Translations under genes and position numbers: made by a program
Virus record (IMG/VR): IMGVR_UViG_3300012662_000198
Span: 1 to 64,000 of that record
Strand: one strand, 5' to 3'
From: a virus
Lineage: Duplodnaviria; Caudoviricetes
DNA: 64,000 nt
Part shown: positions 1-8,067 of the stretch, one piece after another
How positions within the stretch are numbered: position 1 is the stretch's first letter
Layout of the letters: each line of letters opens with the position of its first letter
Notes under the pieces: generated by a model
Told to the model about the DNA's origin: nothing
Database searches by the model: none
What the model saw: the letters and a program-made list of their open reading frames with translations, nothing else

Positions 1-25
1 ATATAGAAAACCAGAACAGGCCAGC

Positions 26-64
26 GTGATTCACCGCCGCCCTAAAGGACGGTGTACCCTCACG
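26..64 (-). mobile_element. Orphan IS200/IS605-type right-end hairpin, inverted relative to the adjacent tnpB
   Basis: The reverse complement reads ...caccgtcctttagggcggcggtgaaTCAC: a GC hairpin followed by a TCAC terminus, resembling the other IS605 ends in the window. Confidence 0.55.
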
Positions 65-1182
65 ACAAAACGATGGCTTTGGACGCCCGCTCGACCGCGT
101 GGACGCTCCACCGGGCGAAGGTCGGCTACGCGGACACGAGCAGGATGCTCACCGCTTGGAAGAAGACAGACGAACACTCCTACCTAAGGGAAGTCTCGTC
201 CGTCCCGTTGCAACAATCGCTACGGCATTTGCAGGCCGCGTTCAAGAGGTTCTTCGACAAGACCGGCTCCTATCCGAGATTCAAAGCGAAACACGAGGGC
301 GGCTCCGCCACCTACACCATCTCCGCGTTCACATGGGATTGGGAGCACAGGGCATTGACGCTGGCTAAAATGCATGACCCACTGCCCGTCCGATGGTCGC
401 GCACCTTGCCGCGAAAAAGCCGACCGTCCAGCGTGACAGTCAGTTTGGACGCGGCCGGACGCTGGCACGTCAGCATACTTGTCGAGGACGAGATTCGACA
501 GCACGCCAAGAACGGGAACATGGTCGGCATCGACATGGGATTGGAATACTTCGCCATCCTCAGCAATGGCGAGAAAATCGACAATCCACGATACTTGAGA
601 AAACACTTGAGGAAACTCGGACTGGCGCAACGAAAACTCGCCCGGAAGAAGAAAGGAAGCAACAACTATCTTAAAGCCCGGTTGAAGGTGGCTAAGGCGT
701 ATGCGAAGGTCAAAGACAGTCGCATCGACTTTCTCCACAAGCTCTCGACCAGAATCATCCGTGAAAACCAAACGGTTGTCATCGAGGACTTGGCCGTCAA
801 GAACACGAGCCGACGCTGCAAGCCGAAAACCGACCCGGACAATCCGGGACAGTACCTCCACAACGGACAGAAGGTCAAAAACGGTCTGAACAAAAGCATT
901 CAGGACGCAAGCTGGAGACAATTCCGCACCATGCTCGAATACAAGGCCGAATGGTACGGACGCCAACTCACGGTCATCGACCAATGGTATCCCAGCAGCC
1001 AAATCTGCCACACATGCGGCAAAAACACGGGAAAAAAGACCTTGGACGTCAGAACATGGGAATGCCCATACTGCCACACCACGCAAGACCGCGACATCAA
1101 CGCCGCCGTAAACATACTATCCGCCGGACTGGCGGTTCGAGCCTGCGGGGATTCACGCCTCACCGAAGCGACACTCCGGTGA
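52..1182 (+). pseudogene. tnpB: IS605-family TnpB (RNA-guided nuclease), N-terminally truncated
   Basis: RuvC motifs VGIDMG, VVIEDL and QDRDINAA and zinc finger CHTC/CPYC are present. The sequence starts at MALDARS (ATG 73) and lacks the usual N-terminal ~30-aa R-x-YP...GC-R-V-YN segment. Confidence 0.8.
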
Positions 1183-1240
1183 AAAAACAGGACGCGAAGC
1201 ACATCAACCCACAGGAAACTCTTCCCCGCAAGGAGAAGAA

Positions 1241-1271
1241 TCCCCCGACTTCAGTCGGGGGAGGAAGTCAA
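1241..1271 (+). mobile_element. IS605 right end (hairpin plus TCAA) of the first tnpB element; 3' end of the omegaRNA scaffold
   Basis: tcccccgacttcagtcggggga hairpin followed by ggaagTCAA, ~60-90 nt after the tnpB stop. Confidence 0.85.
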
Positions 1272-1495
1272 CTCCGATTCCAGCTATAACGCCGGTGGAA
1301 CTGCTCGCGTCTCTTAAAAACTAATCTCTTGCAACCCCTTGTTTGGGAGTTTTTTCTGTTTTTCCGGTTTTTCGCAGAATGATTCTCTGAGGTTGTTTAA
1401 TGTGTCATTTGAGACCGGGTTTTATGGTCGTTTTCCGCCATGCTTGGTTTCTTCCCCGGTCTCGGTTAGGACTCCTTAGTGGGAGTGTGTTTGCG

Positions 1496-1537
1496 GTTCC
1501 GCCGCCCGTGTGTGGATTTTTGGGCGGCGGAACTTTT
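1496..1537 (+). terminator. Intrinsic terminator-like hairpin
   Basis: 12-bp perfect stem gttccgccgccc/gggcggcggaac followed by TTTT. Confidence 0.6.
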
Positions 1538-1573
1538 CTGTCTTCGTTGCCGGTTTCCCAAAAACGAGAAAAA

Positions 1574-1596
1574 TGTTATACTGGAATTGTTCACGC
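1574..1596 (+). promoter_or_regulatory. Repeated plasmid promoter motif (extended -10 TG-n-TATACT, GG, GTTCAC)
   Basis: tgt-TATACT-GGaatt-GTTCACg upstream of the gene at 1623; the same signature recurs at least 12 times in the window. Confidence 0.75.
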
Positions 1597-1622
1597 AAAA
1601 AGAAAAAGCCAAAACAAAGGAT

Positions 1623-2003
1623 ATGAAAATGAGCTACTTCAACAGCCTCGACTACCAAATCAACCTCATGCTCGACCACGAACAGGACCTGCAAGACGAC
1701 TACGACAAGCGCCTACAGGAAGTGCGCGACGGCATCGGAGACTACGTGCTCCTCCCCGAAGGCGACCCATGGAAACTGGAGGACTACGAGCAGAACCCTC
1801 AACCATCCAACGTGAACGACACCTGCGGCCACGGATTCTACGTCACGGAAGGATTGCAGACCGGAACCATGTACCACCTCAATCCCGACCTCGCGTTGTG
1901 GGTGGCATGCGACGACTACGAGGACATCGGCCAGATGGTCAGGGAGGGGAAGCGGCTCACCCAGCCCATCGATGATTCGATGCCGGAACCCGTTCGCGTC
2001 TGA
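1623..2003 (+). CDS. Hypothetical acidic protein
   Basis: ORF with RBS (aaagga) downstream of the motif promoter; typical codon usage. Confidence 0.75.
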   Translation: MKMSYFNSLDYQINLMLDHEQDLQDDYDKRLQEVRDGIGDYVLLPEGDPWKLEDYEQNPQPSNVNDTCGHGFYVTEGLQTGTMYHLNPDLALWVACDDYEDIGQMVREGKRLTQPIDDSMPEPVRV

Positions 2004-2115
2004 GAGTTTTTCCGGCGAGAATGGTGGCTGGAAGTAAAACTATGTTATAGTGGAACCAGTCGCAAAAAAAAGGAAGGGTCCTTCTTTGACCGCCGTAAAC
2101 GTCAACCAGACCAGC

Positions 2116-2442
2116 ATGGACGAAAACACCCAAAACGACACCCGTCCACGCCCACGCCGCAACCTCGACACAATCGGAGGATTCTTCGACTCCTGCAAGG
2201 ACGGCACGCCAATCCAACTCTACTTCAACACGCCCGAAGGCGTCCAACGCGTCCCCACCATCTTGGGAGACCCGCCGACCGTAGGACAACTCCGACTCAA
2301 CAACTACCTACGCCCACTCGCCATACAGGAACGCGAGCGCTATCAGATTGCCGGTACCAGCGATACTGGTTGGGTTATCAGGGTTGATAGTCGTTTTGAT
2401 TCGGAAGCGTTTCTTGAAGAGTCGGAGCGTTTGGGTCGTTGA
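2116..2442 (+). CDS. Hypothetical protein
   Basis: ORF after promoter variant 2043-2064; overlaps the start of the next gene. Confidence 0.7.
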   Translation: MDENTQNDTRPRPRRNLDTIGGFFDSCKDGTPIQLYFNTPEGVQRVPTILGDPPTVGQLRLNNYLRPLAIQERERYQIAGTSDTGWVIRVDSRFDSEAFLEESERLGR

Positions 2443-3188
2443 ATAGTCAGGATGGTATGACCGATAGGGGTGTTTTGTTTTCCAATGGTGACCGTCAGGC
2501 TGTGTTGAGGACTATTTTCCGTAGGGGGGTGTTGCCGCAGGGTGTCGTGTACGCTTTGGGAGTGTTTATCGCCGTGTGGCTCCTCGCGTATTCGACTACG
2601 CTTAGTGGGGTGTGGCGGGTGGTTTTCTTCGTCCTGTTTGTGTTGAATCTGGTCGTCGGCGTGCGGGGGCTTGTCAAGGTGTATGGCAGTTGGGTCACGC
2701 TCCGTGACTGCGCGTATCCGAATATCGACGCGTCCGCTGCTGAGACGTGGGATTTGGCGGTGTGGCTTGCCAATAGTCCACAGTTCGGAGGTACTTCCAT
2801 TAGGGATATTCGCCAGCGGGAGCTTCGTGAGGCGTTGGAGGAGTATGGTCCATTGTTCCAAGACAATATGCCGGAGGATGTGACCGTCCAGTTGAATCGA
2901 CTTGAACGGCTCATGCATGAGGTTGATTGGACGGGCCAGTATGTTCACGCCTTGTTGCTGTTCCGCCAGTTGAAGGATTCCCATCTCAAGTATTGGCGTC
3001 CGTTGGATGAGGCGTATCGGCAGACCTTGCAGGAGTTGGCGGGTGGCATGCGGTTGGAGGATATGCGTGAGAATGTGCAGCTTTCCCCGCATCGCATGGT
3101 CATTCTGGACGGGTTGCAAATCAATTGCGGTTTGCATGGGACCGTCGGTAAGTATACCGTCGGCTATGAGGATGGCGGCGTCTTGTGA
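2439..3188 (+). CDS. Hypothetical membrane protein (2 TM)
   Basis: Two hydrophobic helices; coupled start/stop with its neighbours. Confidence 0.7.
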   Translation: MNSQDGMTDRGVLFSNGDRQAVLRTIFRRGVLPQGVVYALGVFIAVWLLAYSTTLSGVWRVVFFVLFVLNLVVGVRGLVKVYGSWVTLRDCAYPNIDASAAETWDLAVWLANSPQFGGTSIRDIRQRELREALEEYGPLFQDNMPEDVTVQLNRLERLMHEVDWTGQYVHALLLFRQLKDSHLKYWRPLDEAYRQTLQELAGGMRLEDMRENVQLSPHRMVILDGLQINCGLHGTVGKYTVGYEDGGVL

Positions 3189-3502
3189 GTTATCAGATGC
3201 TTCGGGAGGTCAGGGGCGGGCGTATCCACCTGTTCGTTGAGGATTGTTGGATGCTTCGTGATTGGGTGGTCGGGCATATTGGTTTGGATGGGAATGGTTT
3301 GGCTCCCGTCCGGCGGCTCGACTTGGCCGAGATGGAGTCGTATTCCGCCGCCGTCATGGAGTGTCCCGATGTTTCCAGTGACGAATACCGTCAGGCGAAG
3401 ACCATGTATGATGGCGTGGTGCGGACGCTTGGGGAGATGTCTCCGGTGGCACGGCTTGAATATTGGGATTGCCTCAATCCGAATCCCGTTGAGTCTGATT
3501 GA
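3185..3502 (+). CDS. Hypothetical protein
   Basis: GTGA overlap with the upstream gene. Confidence 0.6.
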   Translation: MSYQMLREVRGGRIHLFVEDCWMLRDWVVGHIGLDGNGLAPVRRLDLAEMESYSAAVMECPDVSSDEYRQAKTMYDGVVRTLGEMSPVARLEYWDCLNPNPVESD

Positions 3503-3543
3503 GTTTTTCTCGAAAATAGGTAAGAAGTCCGAAAGGAGCAATA

Positions 3544-3987
3544 TTGGACGAACAATCCTCCACCCAACGTTTCCGCGTGCTCATGGCTGGCATCAGCGAG
3601 GGTGAGACCAGAATCCTGTACAACGTCGAGAAGGGGCGTCTGACGGCGGACATCCTCAAAAGCAACATCGGCAATCGCCTGTTGGACGCGGGTCTCATCC
3701 GTCGTAACGGACAGTCCAATCCGACGCTCACCAAGGATGGCGCCCGTCTGGTGGCGATGCTTTCCCAAGGCGAGGGCGACCGGCCCATCCGCCTGTACGA
3801 GCGTAACAGCGAGAACCTGCTTCGGCAGGCCGGACAAGGGACTGCGAACGCCTACAGGAACGGTTTCGAGAACGCGGCGGTGGAACTGTTGAACGACCGT
3901 CTCGTCCACCTCGACATCGCGTCCGGACTGTTGACCTTGCTCCCCGCGGGAACGGAACTGTTGTCCAAACTCGGCAAGGCGGCATAA
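3544..3987 (+). CDS. Hypothetical protein with two winged-helix-like halves
   Basis: RBS aaggag; internal repeat LLDAGLIRR...LTKDG / LLNDRLVHL...LLPAG. Confidence 0.65.
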   Translation: MDEQSSTQRFRVLMAGISEGETRILYNVEKGRLTADILKSNIGNRLLDAGLIRRNGQSNPTLTKDGARLVAMLSQGEGDRPIRLYERNSENLLRQAGQGTANAYRNGFENAAVELLNDRLVHLDIASGLLTLLPAGTELLSKLGKAA

Positions 3988-3988
3988 C

Positions 3989-4192
3989 ATGCTGGGCTGG
4001 CTGACTCAACAGAACGTGCTCGTGACGATTGCCATTGGAGCCATCATCCAACTGCTCATGTTCCTCATCCCCGCCGTCGAGGAACTGGTCGGCGCATGCA
4101 CTCCATTGGGAGAATTCTGCGAGCAACCGAACATGAGGTGGGCCGTGGTCATCCTGACCATCGTGGCGGTTCTTGCGGTAGTGGTCATCTGA
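3989..4192 (+). CDS. Small 2-TM membrane protein
   Basis: Starts 1 nt after the upstream stop; two hydrophobic segments. Confidence 0.6.
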   Translation: MLGWLTQQNVLVTIAIGAIIQLLMFLIPAVEELVGACTPLGEFCEQPNMRWAVVILTIVAVLAVVVI

Positions 4193-4216
4193 TTTTTCTC
4201 TTTGACTGTGCAAGAA

Positions 4217-4258
4217 CTCTTGACACTCCCGTGATTTCAATCACGGGAGTGTCAAGAG
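4217..4258. repeat. Perfect palindrome derived from an IS605 right end (TTGAC...GTCAA)
   Basis: ctc-TTGACACTCCCGTGAT-ttca-ATCACGGGAGTGTCAA-gag; the identical 36-bp core occurs again at 40607-40642. Confidence 0.9.
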
Positions 4259-4704
4259 CGGGACGGCAGGCCGCACAGCATCGACCTGTAGTCCTCCAAT
4301 ACGCCGACCGTCACGTTCAAATCGACGGCCATGAGGAACGCTTCACCCTCGTACACGCGTTCGGATTGGATGTAGTCGAACGGATTGATGAGCAGCATCG
4401 CAGTCTCCTTGCGCACATGCATTTCTACCTTGCCGTCATATCCGGTGTGGCGGCATGTGTCCCCGTGGCTCCAATGGAACAATTCGTGCGTCAACGTGCA
4501 ACGCTTCTGCCGTTCGTTCAACCTCGGGTCGATGACGATTATGCGGGTCTGCTCGTCGTATACGCCGTTGATGTTCTCCGGCAGTTCCTCCTCGAACACG
4601 TATGGTGCCGGTCGAGTGAGTCCCACCGTGCGTTTCATATCCTCGTAGCACATGTGCCGGTCGATTGAGACGGTTCGGTCCGCGATTGTCGTATGATTCA
4701 GCAA
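4252..4704 (-). CDS. ImmA/IrrE-family metallopeptidase
   Basis: G-x-Y...I-x-I-D...QKRCTLTHELFH (HExxH); TTG start overlaps the repressor stop; the stop codon lies inside the palindrome. Confidence 0.85.
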   Translation of the reverse strand: MLNHTTIADRTVSIDRHMCYEDMKRTVGLTRPAPYVFEEELPENINGVYDEQTRIIVIDPRLNERQKRCTLTHELFHWSHGDTCRHTGYDGKVEMHVRKETAMLLINPFDYIQSERVYEGEAFLMAVDLNVTVGVLEDYRSMLCGLPSRS

Positions 4705-5075
4705 TCCTCTTCGCTTTCCGATTCGATTCGCTTGTTCGGGTCGTAGTTGGCGACCAAGGTGATGTCTCCCGTGTTGATGCGCCGCAGGACGTCTTGGAGC
4801 TGCTGTTCGGTGATTGAGGCGTTCTGGTAGCTCTTCCGTCCGGCTATCAGTTCCTCCGGTGTCATATCCCATGCGTGGGCGAGCGTTTCCACGTCGGCGG
4901 GGAGCCATTCCACGGTTTCGTTGTATCGTGTGGTGACGTAGCTGGGGCTTTTGCCGAGTTGCCGCGCGATGTCGCGGGCGGAGAGTCGTCTGATTCCGGC
5001 TTCCGCGAGTATGCGCTGGTTGATGCGGCGGTTGAATTCGCTGGTCTGGTTTTTTCTTTTTCCCATGTTTCCCAT
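4698..5075 (-). CDS. XRE/ImmR-like HTH transcriptional regulator
   Basis: HTH segment LSARDIARQLGKSPSYVTTR...LAHAWDMTPEEL, adjacent to immA. Confidence 0.85.
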   Translation of the reverse strand: MGNMGKRKNQTSEFNRRINQRILAEAGIRRLSARDIARQLGKSPSYVTTRYNETVEWLPADVETLAHAWDMTPEELIAGRKSYQNASITEQQLQDVLRRINTGDITLVANYDPNKRIESESEEDC

Positions 5076-5355
5076 GATAGCTGGTTTTTGGTGTGAAACG
5101 CTTTGTTTTAGATTTGACTGTGTGTTTTTATATGCTATTGTCCGTAAATACAAACAAATGTTTGGCCCAGTGAACAGAAGGTGGAGATGCGGGAGAAAGA
5201 ACGACGGACAATGGATGGAATACCTGTTCCCGCCATCCATCCACGGAGTCAGGGGGACACGCCCCCAATTTTGTGAATATGTCCAGTATGACTAAAATAA
5301 AAACCGTCCACACATAAAACAGAAAAACACTGCGAACCAAACCAAAAGGAAAATC

Positions 5356-6933
5356 TTGAGAAAAACCATCGACCAGAAAATACTCTTGGACAGACGCTTC
5401 ACCAAGCTGGACGTCCTCGGCCAACACCTCTGGATGACACTACAACTGCACCCGAAGACCAACGCCCTCGGCGTATGCGACTGGACCTTCCGCAAAATCA
5501 CCGCATACACCATCGGACAAACACCGGAACTGCTCGAAAGAGCGGGACGGGAACTCGTGGCTGAAGGACTCCTCGTCATCGATGAAGACAATGAAGAAGC
5601 CCTCCTGACCAACCATATCGACCTCACCGCCGACTCGGGAACCATCGAATCCGCCTACCTCGGAACCGCCAGCCCACTACTGCGCGGAATCCTCGTCAAG
5701 GAACTGGACGACCTGTCCCACGCGGGCGAACGATTCCCGTTCGAATGGTCCGAACTCTCCGGCATCCTCGACAATCCCGACTTGGATACCGACAATAGGA
5801 ACACCGACACGGACAACGCTCCCATCGTCCCCGACGCCAAGCCGGACGCCAAGCCGGAGCAACCGGTCGAAACCCGCGCCGACAAGCAGGAAGAACAGGA
5901 GAAGAAACCACAGCCGGTAGCCGAATCCGACACCACGGGCGAGCAGCCCGGCAAGAAACGTCGTGGCCGTCCACGCAAGCATCCCCTCCCGCCCGAGGGT
6001 GAGAACAAGCCGAAGCGCCGCCGTGTCCGCCCCCGTAAGTTCAGGCCGGAACCCGTCGAGCTGATGGACGGCACCATGGAGCCGCCGTTCGGAGAGCCGA
6101 TGACCATGAAGCAGGTGGTACTCCTGCCCCAATACGACGCCAGCGCCCCAATCGACATTGACGCCGACGGCAAGCCCAAGTATTTGGAATGGGATGAAAT
6201 CCCGCAACAATTGTGGTTCTGGCATCCGCTTCCGGAGGACTGGTCTCCGACCGCAGAAGCCACCCAACTGTACGCGGACTTGGGTGGTGGACGCAAGATG
6301 GACATCGAAGGGGCCGCAGACCTGTTCCGCGGCCAATACAACAGAAGCCTTTACTTGAAGCGGGACAACGGTCTCGAAGCCGCGCCCCTCTCTCCGGACA
6401 GGCTCTTCATCCAACAACTGCTCCACTGGCGCAGGGAAAAGGACGAGGAAAACGCCCGCAAGGCCGAAGAGGAGTCCAAAGAGAAAGCCACCCAAGCCGA
6501 GGAAGAGGAACCGGTCGTTGAAGCCGTCCCCGTTTGGGGACAGCCCGACGAATACGACACCATCGACGCGGAAACCGAAGACGAGACTCCGGGGGAGGCA
6601 ACCCCTCTGATTTCCGACGAGGAGGTGCCGAAAGTCCGCCACTACAAGCGGATGGTGCCCAAAGACTGGCACCCCAACCAGAAGCACATCGACCGAGCGA
6701 AAAAACTGAACATCGACGTCAACACCGAAGCCGAGAAATTCTACAACTACAGCCACTCCGACGGCAAGAAATACTTGGACTTCGACCGAGCCTTCGACAA
6801 TTGGCTCCTCAACGCCGACAAGTTCAACAAGAACGGGCGGAGCACGACCCGCAAGACACGTAGCGAAGAAGGATACGAACACAACATGAACATGCTGGAA
6901 GAAGCCCTCGCACAGGCCGGATGGGGCGTCTGA
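5356..6933 (+). CDS. Phage-type replication initiator-like protein with AT-hook and DnaT-like C-terminal domains
   Basis: N-terminal replisome-organizer-like region (DRRFTKL...LW..L..HP..N.LGV); KKRRGRPRK AT-hook; two PxDWxP...F..Y...D...F..W repeats. Confidence 0.65.
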   Translation: MRKTIDQKILLDRRFTKLDVLGQHLWMTLQLHPKTNALGVCDWTFRKITAYTIGQTPELLERAGRELVAEGLLVIDEDNEEALLTNHIDLTADSGTIESAYLGTASPLLRGILVKELDDLSHAGERFPFEWSELSGILDNPDLDTDNRNTDTDNAPIVPDAKPDAKPEQPVETRADKQEEQEKKPQPVAESDTTGEQPGKKRRGRPRKHPLPPEGENKPKRRRVRPRKFRPEPVELMDGTMEPPFGEPMTMKQVVLLPQYDASAPIDIDADGKPKYLEWDEIPQQLWFWHPLPEDWSPTAEATQLYADLGGGRKMDIEGAADLFRGQYNRSLYLKRDNGLEAAPLSPDRLFIQQLLHWRREKDEENARKAEEESKEKATQAEEEEPVVEAVPVWGQPDEYDTIDAETEDETPGEATPLISDEEVPKVRHYKRMVPKDWHPNQKHIDRAKKLNIDVNTEAEKFYNYSHSDGKKYLDFDRAFDNWLLNADKFNKNGRSTTRKTRSEEGYEHNMNMLEEALAQAGWGV

Positions 6934-7577
6934 TGACCACACCACAGCCAATGCAGGGAACCCTGACCACCACGGTCGCATCGTCAAGCGGGAAACAGCA
7001 TTACCCCCGAGCCTACGAGCGTCCATGCGCGATAGCCCTCCTGACCCAAATCAACAGCCACTACGGAAACAAGCCGTTGGACGAAACGCAAGTGGACAAT
7101 TTCATCAACGAAATCGACCATACAATCAAAGCCGAGGAAGCCCGCCAAGCCATCATCGACTTTTTTAAAACCCACTCGTCCGGAGACGCTTGGATAGCCC
7201 CATACGACATCAACCGCATGGTCAGGAAGCAACGCCTCAGCCGGGTGCCGTCACCAGCCGAAATCGACCGCATGCTGGACGGGTATGGCGTCACCGACGC
7301 GAACGCCGCATGGGGATTCCGACGCGGCCTGACCTACGCGTTGTCTCAAGGGGCGACACAGGAGCGTGCCATCGAATACGCGAAGAAACACTGCGAGGAC
7401 GTGAAAACCATTTCAAACACGCCAGACCAGTATCCACAGCTCACAACTAGGGAGAACGTCGGCGGGGAAGACGGACTCGCATCATTCTCCACACTGATGA
7501 AAGACTTCCGCAAAGGATTGGGCCAGCCTCCCACACAGGCCGACCAAACCCCAAACGAAACACAATCCACCAACTAG
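6933..7577 (+). CDS. Putative helicase loader/inhibitor (G39P-like) coupled to the initiator
   Basis: TGATG coupling; ALLTQINSHY...EARQAIIDFF...WIAPYDIN resembles the actinophage gene that follows rep. Confidence 0.55.
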   Translation: MTTPQPMQGTLTTTVASSSGKQHYPRAYERPCAIALLTQINSHYGNKPLDETQVDNFINEIDHTIKAEEARQAIIDFFKTHSSGDAWIAPYDINRMVRKQRLSRVPSPAEIDRMLDGYGVTDANAAWGFRRGLTYALSQGATQERAIEYAKKHCEDVKTISNTPDQYPQLTTRENVGGEDGLASFSTLMKDFRKGLGQPPTQADQTPNETQSTN

Positions 7578-7608
7578 CAACCCTCACAAGGAAAGAAGAA
7601 ACCAGACA

Positions 7609-8007
7609 ATGACCGACGCCACCACGAAACTCATCTACGACACCTTCATCCAGAACCGTCCCGACACCGTGGGGCGCGAGGAAGCGGAGGAACTGTTCAA
7701 CCATTGGCTAGAAATCCACAGCTTCCAGCCGGAGGAACAGCCCGCCGCACCCGCCGGATTCGAATACGAGACCGTCGAACACGAAGAGGATTCCACACCA
7801 TCCTTGGACGATTTGGACGCAATCGCACTCGCGTCCGACAACGCCACCAACGCCGCCGCCATGCTTTCCGACGTTTTGGACGCCATTCCGGGAAACGGCA
7901 AGGAAGCCGTCGCATGCGCGTTGAACGACTTCGACTGTGCCGCCGAACACCTGCAAAGACTGCTCGGCAAATACGATTACAAGCCTCTGGCGGGAAGGGA
8001 GGACTAG
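7609..8007 (+). CDS. Hypothetical acidic protein
   Basis: ORF with RBS, within the operon. Confidence 0.65.
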   Translation: MTDATTKLIYDTFIQNRPDTVGREEAEELFNHWLEIHSFQPEEQPAAPAGFEYETVEHEEDSTPSLDDLDAIALASDNATNAAAMLSDVLDAIPGNGKEAVACALNDFDCAAEHLQRLLGKYDYKPLAGRED

Positions 8008-8067
8008 TGGACTAAACGCAAACACAATCGAATCCACACACATAAGAAGAAAACCAAAAGGAAAGAA

